Origin: Marsupella aquatica
Lineage: Eukaryota > Plantae > Marchantiophyta
Direction: 5' to 3'
Assembly: GCA_973895155.1 (NCBI GenBank)
Contig: OZ316891.1
Span: forward strand, 8,557,875 to 8,621,874
Length of the DNA: 64,000 nt
Both the position numbers and the translations under genes were made by a program. Positions 39,319 through 51,040 of the stretch are shown here, one piece after another (the first letter of the stretch is position 1; every line of letters begins with the position of its first letter). The notes beneath the pieces were generated by a model. The model did not search any database. It was not told the DNA's origin and worked only from the letters and a program-made list of their open reading frames with translations.

Positions 39319-40149
39319 TTAAAGGGGTTGGAAGAAATCACTAAATTCAGAAAAATACAAACAAAAAGCATAGAATAGACTAAATTGACATAAAAATATG
39401 TAACAAACAATTCTAATAAGACAAGATAACCAAAGTGTGTCCTGCCATTATAGCAGCATCAAAAAAATCAACTGAACTGATTCCTTTCACATAAGGAAGG
39501 GTTCCTTTAACAAATTGCATTTTTTTTCCTTGAAATGTGGATTTACAAAGCAACAAAACATAACAATGAAGTTCACCAGGGTAGACAGATTTTGCGCAGG
39601 ATGACAAGCATGGCATTGACCGATGGTCCAGTAAACTGCAAAGGTTTTACCTTGGGGAAAAGGTGACTGCTCTAGACATGTGAGTCCTTTTGACCACATG
39701 AGATTTACTAGGGTGTCTCAAAGCTTCATAGTTGAGGACAACAATTTTTAGCCATATGGCTATTTTCTATAAAGTTGTCATAGACAGAGTTGTTTTTAAA
39801 AACAAATTCACTACCATCTACACTGATTTATGCTCATGGCATGTGACCAATTGTTATGGCAAAAAGTTATGGATTACTAGGGCGTCTCACAGCTTCAAAG
39901 TTGCTGAGGATGGCTTTTGGCCATAAACAAATGACCACCAACTTTTTTACAGGGTTATGTGAAGTTTTGGTTATGTAAAATTTTGTTAGTTTTTTTTTTT
40001 AAGTAGCCTCTTATGGTCATGGTATATGACCAATTGTTAAGGTAAAAAGTCAAAGGATAATGAATTTGGTAGTCCTGTACCAAACCTTAAACTCAGTAGT
40101 CATGATCAGCTTTTTGTTAATGGGCAACTGCTACATTCCACCTCTCCAA

Positions 40150-40262
40150 AAAGTCTTGGCCACTTTTGGCAAAAGTTCCCTAGTTTTTCTATCTCCAATT
40201 TCTCCAATTTGCCAGTTTTCCACCTAGTCACAGGCCTTACTGGTCAGAATCTAACAGTCATC
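40150..40262 (+). repeat. Dispersed repeat, related copy at ~50240-50342
   Basis: Shared ggccacttttggcaaaa...ccaccta.tcacag.cct...tgg.cagaatctaac..tcat. Confidence 0.7.
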
Positions 40263-40993
40263 CTTCAATCTAGGAGATCTAAGGGTCAGAAAGTAATTGG
40301 GGAATTTCAGATAACGAACACTCATAACTCTGGCTAGTGAGGAAAACCGTCAAGATTACTCTGGTCATGGTCCTTCAAATTTTGAGGTTTGAGGCCCCTG
40401 CTCCATTCGACAACTTTCTGCCATATGTTCGGAGCCTGGTAATTGACATTTTTTCTACATACTAAGGGGGCTTTACAAGGAGTGGGGGCCATACAATGTC
40501 TCTCCATCCAAACCAACTATGATGGCCACGCCATTTCCTTACACTAAAGTTAAAATGTCTGAACCAAAATGTGTCAGGAAATAATAATACAATTCATTGA
40601 AATGAAGAGGCCATTTGCTCAATTCTTTTAGACTACCTCAAGAGTAGGTCTAAGTTTTTGACCAAAAAAATGTACACATCAGGAAAAAAACGGACCTACA
40701 AGAGGCCCAATTTGAGATGACTACTTTGCTTCATTCTTTTAGACCACCTCAAGAGGAGATCTAAGTTTTTGACAAAAAATAATATACACATGGCCAAGAA
40801 AATGGGCCACTGTCATATGACTAGGTTCGTTAGCCTTTGCTTGATTGTGCCCCCAATTTTGTAAAAGTGAAGTGTTCCCAATTCACACCTTTGAATGGCC
40901 AGGATTGCATCTTACAAACATAAAAAAAGGAATTGCTGCCCCCAAATTCTTGTAAAGCCACCCTCAAGTATCTTTCCACTACCCTTCCACAAA

Positions 40994-40995
<2 letters not shown>

Positions 40996-41046
<51 letters not shown>
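40996..41046 (+). repeat. (GA)n microsatellite
   Basis: About 25 GA units. Confidence 0.95.
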
Positions 41047-41047
<1 letters not shown>

Positions 41048-41848
41048 AATGAAAGAACTTCCCTTTCTCCCATATCTTGAAAAGGTGGCCGTAGCCAAAA
41101 AAAAGTCTTTACTTCGTCCTTCCACAGGGCAAACGCGGAAAAGAGATGCATGTCGAACGTTATGGTCATGTTTGCTGCTGCAAAAAGAGGAATCACTCCA
41201 TTCTCAGACAAGCCGAAAAGCAAATCGTTGACGACGAGGCAACCACATAGAGTGCATTCAATGTGAACTGTACAGAATGGATTCTCAAGAATCCTCCCCG
41301 ACTTTCACCAACCGTTCTCCTAGTTGGTGGAGCAGGTTTTCATTGGCACCAGGTGGATATAAGCTAGCGGACAGGGATCTACCACCGATCTCACAGAAAT
41401 CCTTGTCCTATTAAGCTTCAATGCTAACCACCCTCGTTTATCAACCTCTTCCTCGTTCCTCATACGGGGCGGGTCAGCCAATTTCTGTCTGGTCGTTCCC
41501 CATCTCTTGGGAAATGAGAAAGACAGGTAGTTTTAAGCCTCTACTTATGTGTGCTCAGAAAGCTCGTACACTGGGCAACTCGTAATGTATCTAACCAGGC
41601 ATGGCACGGCAGCACACGGTAGAATTCTCAGGCTCTAAACACACTATTCATGTGGAGGCCTATGACCTTTTCCCAGTATGTCAGGATGAAGAACGGCCCG
41701 CTTCTGGATGCAGACATTGAACTCCACCTGACCTGACTGCTCTACTGTACATAGTGGTTGTCCATGACCGTAACCATGACCATCACGTTTTCGTTTTCAG
41801 AACCGAAAACAACGATTGGACAATTTGTTTGTTGGCTATGTGAGCGCT

Positions 41849-41952
41849 CACAAGAAATGTGTCTCAGCAATATCCTAAATTAACTGCCGTTCTTGAGTCT
41901 CACACAAGAAATATGTCTCAGCAATATCCTAAATTAACTGCCGTTCTTGAGT
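41849..41952 (+). repeat. ~54-bp tandem duplication just 3' of the USP stop codon
   Basis: cacaagaaat.tgtctcagcaatatcctaaattaactgccgttcttgagt x2. Confidence 0.9.
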
Positions 41953-42004
41953 TGTAATGTTGTAATTTACAATGGATAGGAATGATCGTAGAATTGGGAA
42001 GTTG

Positions 42005-44047
42005 TCAAGCCAGGAGCCAGAAATTCTTCTGCCACTGGCTGTTGATGAGGTAACCCCCCAGCCTCCTGTTCTTCTTTCTCACCGCAAGGGTTAAACATTC
42101 CGAATTGTTGATGCAGAAATCCGCCAAGCTCTCGGTCTTCCTCTTCATCATCCTGCATGTTGTCAAAGAGCACTATTAGATGGGTTCGCCCAAGTTGAAG
42201 CGAAATTCCCCTCTCCTACCCACCACGAGTTAAAAAGCGAGAAAGGAGCAAAATTATGACCAGGGACAACAACTATTAGTTTGGTCGATGAACTGATCAC
42301 ACGCAGACTGAGGACATCCCCAATGGCAACACTTTCCAGCCAGTTTGTCACATCATCTTCTTGTACTTCTTCTTCTTCTTTCAAAGTTTGGACCACCTCC
42401 CAATCTTTCTCCACAGAAATCCTATCGACCTATAGACCTCGGTAGCATCAGGTGTCTATTAGTAGGGGGTTTATTAGACGTCATTCTTCTTCTGGTGAGA
42501 GCTCGCGTCATATCAGTTGAGAACATGATTCATTGTAACTGCTTTTGGATTAAATGTGCTACTTTAGCTCTCGTAGCAATGGTGATTATTCTGTAGCTTC
42601 CATTCGTTTGCTCGCATGCCTGTGACTGATGCCACCACGAAAGCATCGTCGGTCGCGGTCTTGCCTTGTGTCAATTGTCGGAAAGGAAGAGTCACGCGAC
42701 TCAGACGAGGTCCCCGACGAAAGAGTACAGTACAGCAGTGGGTAGTTGAGTGGCATGCGTACCTCCACAAGATGGAAGGCTTCCGTTGGCCCAAGACTAG
42801 TATAGACACTTCCAGCTTCCTCGTTTGTGCCACGATTGTCGGACCCTTCTCTCCCTCCACGACCAGAATTTCGACCTCCACCTAACCCATGAAACCCAAT
42901 TGTCAGTGAATTAAAACCTCAGAGGCAAGTACTCCTCAAGACTAAATGCCAGGTCGAGAACCTCTGACAGTCAGGAGAATTTCAGAACCTGTTATTGCCC
43001 TGAGGAGGATCTCACTGAAAGGGTACCCCACGGGATGTTGTCGAAAGTCTGGCTCGAGTTTGTTCTGTCGAGTCAATTCGTGAATTCTTAGCTCATTTGA
43101 ATTGAAGATTGCATAGGAGAGGTCGTGAGAGAGAACGAAGAACAAGCAAAGAAAGAAACCTCGGGCCTGCTGCTTGCTACAATTGTCTTGAACGAGTTAG
43201 TGATATCCCAAGCTGACATCTCATTCTTCCTTCTTTGCTCTTCCGCGGCCTTAGCACTGAAAAAGCCGCCTGCACAATTAGCAAACACAACGAAACGTTA
43301 GCCCGAGGACATCAACAGCACGAAAGTTGAAACTAACACCAGAGCAAGGATGAGAACAATTACGTCCATCCAATTTGCACAATAATGTGAACGGGAAGGA
43401 TTAATTCGCACATTAATGTGAACGGGAAGACGATTAATGAAAGAAGGAGGAATAAGTCCCGTGACTTGGATCCCAAGAACCTTATTCCTCCTTCTTTCAT
43501 TAATCGTCTGAAATGCAAAACGTTCATGCGCAACGTGAACTTTTACGACCCTTTCTGAGGACGTTGATGGAAAAAAATGCGCAATAAGTGCTGTCTGACC
43601 GAAGTTCATCCTCTACTGCCAGCTTTGAATTGATTACAATCGAGACGCGTCGACAGAGAGTGCACGGTCGGTTGAGGAGACAAAGTAGGACACATTTGTA
43701 GACCCACCGTGAGAAGTGCAGGACTGTCGATGAATGACTGCAGGCTGCACATGAAGAAGAACAAGGACATCGAGTTGATGCACCACATGCGAGAGAGCCC
43801 ACTTCAGCGCCAGTTTCGACTCTTGCGAGTGGTCCACCACCACCATTACGCGCTTAGGAGAGCTGGCATTGTTGGCGTTGTCAGCTTCGTCCGCCTTCTC
43901 CGCCCACCCGGCCTTCTTCTTCGAGCCCCCTCTTCTTATCACCCTCTTTCCTCCCCTGAAAGCACTCCCTTCTCCCTCTGGAGATTGTGCCGCTACCTCT
44001 GCGCACCAGGGCCCGCCCGCCCGCACCCCACGTTTCCGTTGCAGCAT
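42005..44047 (-). CDS. Universal stress protein A-like (adenine nucleotide alpha hydrolase-like) protein, 4 coding exons, ~238 aa
   Basis: Exons 44047-43708, 43269-43160, 42881-42763 and 42152-42005 (717 nt). Motifs RVMVVVDHSQESKLALKWALSH, VEVEILVVEGEKGPTIV...LVLGQRK, and the plant-typical C-terminus FCINNSECLTLAVRKK...GGYLINSQWQKNFWLLA*. Confidence 0.92.
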
Positions 44048-45927
44048 CTCGACCTCTTTCGTGTCGACTCCCCTCTCCTCCAATTTAATCTCTTGGGCGA
44101 GAAAAGTTCTCGTGGACTCAGCTCATTCGAGTGCAACCATCTTTGTCGCAACGATCGAAGTGTAGTGGGGGACATTCACGAAGAAATGCTCTTGCTGAGC
44201 TCATTCAATTACCTTGCGCACCTCAGTTTGGCCCGATTGTGTGATGTCGCAGGACAATAGTATGCTACCGGTCGGAGAACTCTTACCCTGCACTGCAATG
44301 AGAGATCTTCAGATTCCAGATAAGCAAACGATCTCGCAATTCACACATGCTACCTGATGGCCCACAATGACTCCATACAACCAACGGAAAACTGACGATG
44401 ATAATTTGCTAGACTCGAGAATTCAACCTACAGAAGAAGCTCATTCACTAATCCTCTCAACGCCACTAATTTGACTGGGCCACCAGTCCAGACAAGCGGG
44501 AGATCGAAGAAATCTATGTCGGGAATTCTAATCAAGACGACAACACTTCCACCGGTACTCGACCAACTTGGAAGGGTCACACCAAGCGCCGCTTGACTTT
44601 GCGGATGATGAGTCAGAGTGGAAGACCCGGAACGATGAACAATTGCCGTTCACCGACCAACGGAACTCCTTTTCATCAGTCTTTAAATCAATTAGAAAAA
44701 AACTCTCGAACGCATTTATCACTTGGCTAGAACAACCGCTGAAAAGCAAAGGGCACAGACGTGCACCATCTTTCACACCACGCTCTCCTGGTCAACCCAA
44801 CGCTTGAACTCTCAGAACTTACTTTTGGCTGCGAGACAAGGACAGGCGAAGGCATGGGGAGAGCAACGTGATCCCTCTGAAGGCGTCTATGGATTTCGTG
44901 GTCCTCTAGCTCAGGTTCTCGGGAAATAATTCACGAGCCTCACTCCACTCCACTCCACGCAGCAAAGCAAACCAAAGCAATTGAACTCGTCCTACTGAAA
45001 GAATCAGTAGACTATGGTCAGACACTAAACAAATTGTCCTCCTCCTAAGAAGCAGGGTGCACAAAGGCGCACCTTCTTCAATCAAGGAAAAGCGACGCTC
45101 GGCAGAATTTTTCTACCCTCGGGATGGATGAATCGCAGAGAGGGTTGACAGGTAGTCAACTTGAACTCGACTGGAAAATGGTAAGTGTGACAGACGTTGT
45201 ATCTCAGACGAACTAAGTCTGCTCTAACCTCACTCTCATCGCTTTCCGGGTTGTTGCTGCCTCGAAGCAATCGGTCCGGGAGGTAGAGCTATGACGAACA
45301 GCAAGAGACAGCCGAGCCCGGGGAATTGCGGAACAGTGGTGGATGAAGACTGAGGAGAAGCACGGAACAATGCGGCATGATTCTCTCTGATTTTTCATCG
45401 AATCGTTCTCGTCTCTCGCTAGCTCGCTCCAACAGTTGTATACGTTCGAAAAGAAACACCACAGAGGGCGGCGGCAACAACAGCATACCTCCCGATCGCT
45501 CCGCGGTACTCCAACAGCACATGATTATGTTTCTCAGTCAACTTATCAATGAGGGGAAAAACTCCCAGCGGAAGATGAATGCATATAATTATGTACCTTG
45601 CCCACAACGACAACGCCAAAATAATAATGCCAAGTGAACTATAACAACAGCAATACACTACTGCTCCTTCCACCCACGCAGCATGCGCATGCTCGACTGT
45701 CCGCAGTGCACTCCGCTTCTCACGATTCATTCACCACGATTCCTGGTTCTCCCCTCTCCTCTTGTCTCGGCTCGTCTCGTCTCGTCCCATCTCCTGTCGT
45801 TCCATTCTGCGCTGTCGTGCTTTCTTTCTGAATCGTCCGTCTCGAATTCCAGTCAACTACAAAGACGAGTAGCGATGGGTCATTCTAGTCATCAGCCAAG
45901 GTGCACAATTCTCTCTCGCTCGCTCGT

Positions 45928-45996
45928 TCTCTATCCATCGAATGTAAACTTCTCTATCCATCGAATGTAAACTTCTCTATCCATCGAATGTAAACT
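45928..45996 (+). repeat. 23-bp tandem repeat x3
   Basis: (t)tctctatccatcgaatgtaaact repeated three times upstream of the USP leader. Confidence 0.9.
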
Positions 45997-48900
45997 ATAG
46001 TGGAAAGACATTCAACTCTGAGACTGCTCTCCTCTAAGCTAATTAAGCTTCTATTGAACGAACGACAGTACTGTTTGTTATTACACTCCTTGCATGTCTC
46101 GCATCTCCTACTCTTATTAAACAACTCTGATGTAATGTACGGGTGAATCCTCGCCAGCTCCACTCAACCGACCACTGTACTGTAGAATTTTCCACCACAT
46201 CGACGTCGTTGAATTCAATCGGTCACTCACTCAGGGTGACAGACTTGCTAGTCCACATTTCAGCGACGCTATTGAATCGATACACTGCGATTCCGACTTA
46301 CCCGATCACAACCACAGTGCGCCAGCCCACACTTGCAATTTAAGATGATTCAGAATTCAATTGCTGTTCAAATTGTTGTCAAGAGAAGAAGAGAAGGCAC
46401 GGAAAAAGTGCGGTTTCGCTCACTAATAAGTGTTCACCTTATTTGGTCTTCAATTTACAGACGGAGCGGGAGACTTCGAGCTCTCTCGCGCGCAATCCGG
46501 ATACTAACTACGTAGTAGGCACACGACTACTCCTGCTAGCTCGAATGGGCGAGTCCATTATCGGCGACGCGATTCAGCGATTGGGAACGCAAGGGAGTAT
46601 TAAAGTCAGCAGTCCGCAACGCAACGACATTCCGGAGCTTTGTTCGCATTAAATCTCGCGGGAAGCACTTGCAGCTAATGAGACTGTACTCCTACTACTA
46701 GTACCCCCGAGCCAAGCCTTGGCGAATCTACACTGTTCATCGCAATTACTCACACTGATTCCGGTGCATCGAATTGTTTGCTATATTCATGAACTAGCCT
46801 GCCTACCCCCCTCCCTTGAATGTCAATAGAATTGAAAACAGAAAAAATTGAAAAATAAATAACTTCATATTCTTTTTATTATCTTTGCATACCCAATTTT
46901 TGTGCATTTTTGTGGATTGTATTATTGAGTCATTATACATTTTGTCCTTACTTGAGTTACTGTCTAGAGGTTTCACTTTCACTTTAGACAATAGTCATTA
47001 AAAGTAGCTCCTGTTTACCATTATATAGTAAGATGTGTCACCTAAAATGAAATATATTCATGGATTTCAAGCTATTATTTGTTATTCAATGGACAGACGA
47101 TAGTGTTAAAAATTAGAAGGGCTGGAAAGTATTATTGTTTGCATGAAGTTCCCTGGCCCTAGCATGATTGAATCTGATCTATCTATTTTAACACTATAAT
47201 ATGCAAGTCTCTTTCTTTCCATGATTTCTTCCCATGACTGAATCTAATCTAAACATTGTAAACAGCAACTTTGCTCTTTGTTTTCTCATGCTCTGTTTAC
47301 AATGTATCATTCTGGTGGGAAGTCTCCTTAGCCATTGGATTCTGGTGGCATTTTTCATCCTGTGAGATGGACCTAGTAGTGCCATTTTACACCTTTTTCA
47401 TGCAACAACCCCCAGACTCTCCCAGCAGCTCGCACACTCTTTGAAATCCTGTTTCCAGTTGCCAAGCCAACTCGCCTGCTTCTTGCTGGTGGACTCCCTT
47501 ACCATCTCACTTATGCTTGTCAAACACATTTGCTCAACATTGATTACTATTGACAACACTGCAAGACAGAGACATTGGGCTAGTTAGTGCATGTAACAAT
47601 GCCCTATCCCTCTCTTCTTATTTCACACACACTAATTAGATGCTAACACTAATACTGGTGAGGGGTGGAGCTTAGCATTTGGGAATCTGGCTATTACTAT
47701 ATGAGCAATAGTGGACCCTCAACGTTGATTTGCCCGCCAAAGATTAAGAAAAGAAGGACCCCATAAGGCCATAATTCCTGGAACGGATTGGGATTGTGCA
47801 TGACTGCAAAGTGTAAACCTGGTCTTTTGAAGGTTTTGGGTGAGTAGCCTCTGGATAACAGCCCAATGGCTTCCCTAAGGACGGTGGCTACCTCATGGAA
47901 CCATCCCTTGGAGGGAGAGCTTCTATCTCTTCTCCACCCAGGGTCTGTTTTCAGAAAGCAAGCGTTTCCATTGAAAAGAACTCAGGGGCTACAATCTATT
48001 CTCCGCCCAGGGTCTGTTTTAAGAGAGCAAGAGTTTCCATTGATAAGAACTAAGAGGGCCTGGATTTAGAGAGCAAGAGTTTCCATGGATAAGAACCAGG
48101 TGGCGACCTATGGCAGAAGATTTTTTGAATAAAAAAAGGAACCGAGGACAAATGAGTTTATGGCAGGAGGTACATTGAAGGCCAGAACAAGGTCACGTAG
48201 AGGGAATAGGGAGTTGCATGGGATCCTTGATGATGCATGGAAGGTGGCCACCCAGTGTGTCACAAAAAGCAAGGAGTGGCTGGCAAGAGGTAAGTCCCAA
48301 AAATGAGTAGGGGTGATGAGTGAAGGCGGGGGCCCAAGAAGAGAGGGTGGCGACCTGTCCCCTTCACTCGTCAATAGTGCTGGCAATTTGGGGCTGGGTC
48401 AGTTATGTGTTTGACAAAGTTTTCAAAATATCTAAGGAAATAATTGGCAAGAGAAGCTAGAATAAAAGGCTATGGTCTAGAGTGTAGCCTCTAGACTGTG
48501 ACTCCAGCCAAGCATGGGCAAATCGGTATCATCTATGGGGGTGAGAAATGAAATGAGCTCCTTTTCGTTCTTATCAATTATTGATATTCAAAGATATGAC
48601 ACAAGGCTAATTCTCCTCAGTGTGGCTTTACAAGACAATGAGGCACTTGTGGACTTTTTTCACCAAAGCAAACCAGATGGCCACTTCTTATTCTAGAAAT
48701 AAACTCCATACCAAAGATTTTTCAAAATTAACTTCAATAAATGTAAATCTAAATGTTTGGACCACCCCAGCACTTGGTCTAAACTTCTAGAAAAAAAAAT
48801 TAGCACTACACATCACCATTTACTTGGGCCCATGAATTGCCATATAGGATTGGTAGATGCCAGACTAAATGAGCCCACAAGTCATTACTCGGTCTAGATT

Positions 48901-50629
48901 TAATCTTCCGGAAAAGAATCCAATAGCCCTCACTAAAGAATAATTGTAAAAGCACACACGGTGACTTACAAAAACTCTCCTAATTTCCATTTCAGCAGAA
49001 TGACTTACGGTATAATTTGTGGAGAATTCACCATTGAAAAATAAATTAACCATAACACTACCGTAGTTGCGTATTTGCTGGTCTTGCTGATTAACGTGAC
49101 TCGAGTAATTACTGTACCACACATGTAGTCAACCCAAAGAAAGTACAATTACTGTACCTCTATAAACTAGCAGGATTAGGATGATGATTGTACTAATCAC
49201 CGTTTAGGGTCCCCCAAATCATGACAGTCGGCTGATGAAGTCATGGAATGGGACTGATTTTGACAGTGGCCGTTTTGACTATGGTAATAACCGGACTGAC
49301 GGGCCACTCATGACAAGAAGGATCGACGGTAGTATCGGTTTCTGTGTTGAAGAGTGTTGAAGAGGCAGTTCATTGCCTTCGATCTAATAACCGTACTCAC
49401 TGTCGGTACTTTCGTTTGGGTAAATTATTATTGTGAAGGGTATCTATATGATAAGCGACTAGGTCCTCCCCGTTGTGGAGAATAGAGAGAGATTAACCGT
49501 TTTTCCTAATAAAGCAAATTGTGTACCTTAGCGTTAGGTAACATCTCGCAATACATTTTGGGCTATGTTTTCCAAACGTTGTAAATCCATGCACCCGACA
49601 ATGCAAAGTGAGTGCTTTTTGGGAGGTGTTTTGCAAAAGTTGTTAATCCATGCACATAGTGTCTTTCTCTCTGGAAGAAACTAATAAAAGGTTTCACTGG
49701 GAATCTGTGTATAAAATTTATTATTATTATTATTATTATTATTATACAACATAATTTAAATAGTTTGAATGTAAAGCAAAGATTAATCCATGCAAGTGGC
49801 TTACTACTGTAGTTAAATTACATTTGAGTAACTTAGGAAGGTTTGGGAAATTTTGAGAGTAGCTTCTTACAAAAGACTTACTAGTTAAACTAGTCTTGGG
49901 TTACTTAAGAAGGTTGGGCAATTTTGAGGGTAACTTTGTAGAAATCAGTTTCAATAAATTTAGATTACTGCAACAAAACAATCATCAACCGCAAATTAAG
50001 CCAAAATGCTTCGTAAGGGTACTGCAATTTCTTGCCGGCCAGGACCCTACATGGATTCATATCATTCATCGTATTGTCTGACATTGGTAGGAGATTATAT
50101 GGCTTAAAATACGTAATGGCCAAAATTGCCCGACGGTAAGTTGCTATGAGAGGGGCAACTCTTATACTGAGCATGGCTTATGGCTCCAACAAGTGTCTCG
50201 AATTGGCCAAAAATTGCCAAGTTCCAGCTCCCCACAAAGCTTTGGGCCACTTTTGGCAAAAAATTAGCTAACTTTTTTTTGGTCTCACTAGCCAGGGTGC
50301 CACCTAATCACAGTCCTGTTGGCCAGAATCTAACTATCATACTAGTCCACACTCGGTTGACTTCATTCCTAAATTGTACCCCTAAACTGTGAATCTGTGA
50401 TCCCTACCTCATAAATGCAATTCTTACTCTCCGAGTTAAATAACTTGCAAAATGTAAGGAATTTAGCGAGTTTTCCAATATGTTGTTGCACAGAGCAAAA
50501 CGCTTTGCACATACAAAAATTGCAAAATAAATGCAAAATGGGTGAGGAAAAAGGAGAATGAGACCCCTTTCAGGTTTTTCACTTGTAGAGTGTGCACTTA
50601 CAAAAAGGTGACTCTACTTCTGTCTTGTC

Positions 50630-51040
50630 GTCTGGCCCAGGCAACCGCGACTCCGGGGACGTCTGCCGGTGGACGGCGGCGACCGGCCATGCGCTATCCC
50701 GGTCGGTTGCGAATGATACCCGGGTGGACGATGACGCCGTCAGCAAGGGCCGATCTTTCTTCCTCGGCCCTGACCGTACAAATGCCCCAATCACCCGACC
50801 CCATAATGGCGCGGGATCGAGCGGTGGGGCCCATTGTTTTGTCGTCTTTCGATGTGATTCGCGGGTCGCACGCATACGTCGGCCCTACTACAGTAATACT
50901 CTTCTACGACTGTAGTACTGTACCGCTCGCTAGAACCGCCGGAGACTGTGCCGTCTTGTGGACGACGGCACGACTCGTCGTATTTCGGACTGCACAGTGT
51001 ATGCCACAGACCCTAATAAGCGCGGATTTACAAGACGTGT
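50630..51040. other. Isolated GC/CpG-rich island with several perfect stem-loops
   Basis: Stems: CGACCGG/CCGGTCG (50680-50705), GGGCCGA/TCGGCCC (50747-50770), TACTACAGT/ACTGTAGTA (50886-50917), GTGCCGTC/GACGGCAC (50948-50971). Flanks are AT-rich. Function unknown. Confidence 0.6.

Noticed and set aside
43709-44260. 183-aa plus-strand ORF
   Set aside because: Antisense shadow of USP exon 1; no recognisable motif.
49180-49300. C/D-box-like motifs (TGATGA...CTGA)
   Set aside because: No proper terminal stem and no recognisable rRNA/snRNA antisense element.
49353-49373. Partial miR408 complementary site (GAAGAGGCAGTTCAT)
   Set aside because: Intergenic, with a mismatch near the miRNA 5' end and no pairing to its 3' part; likely chance.
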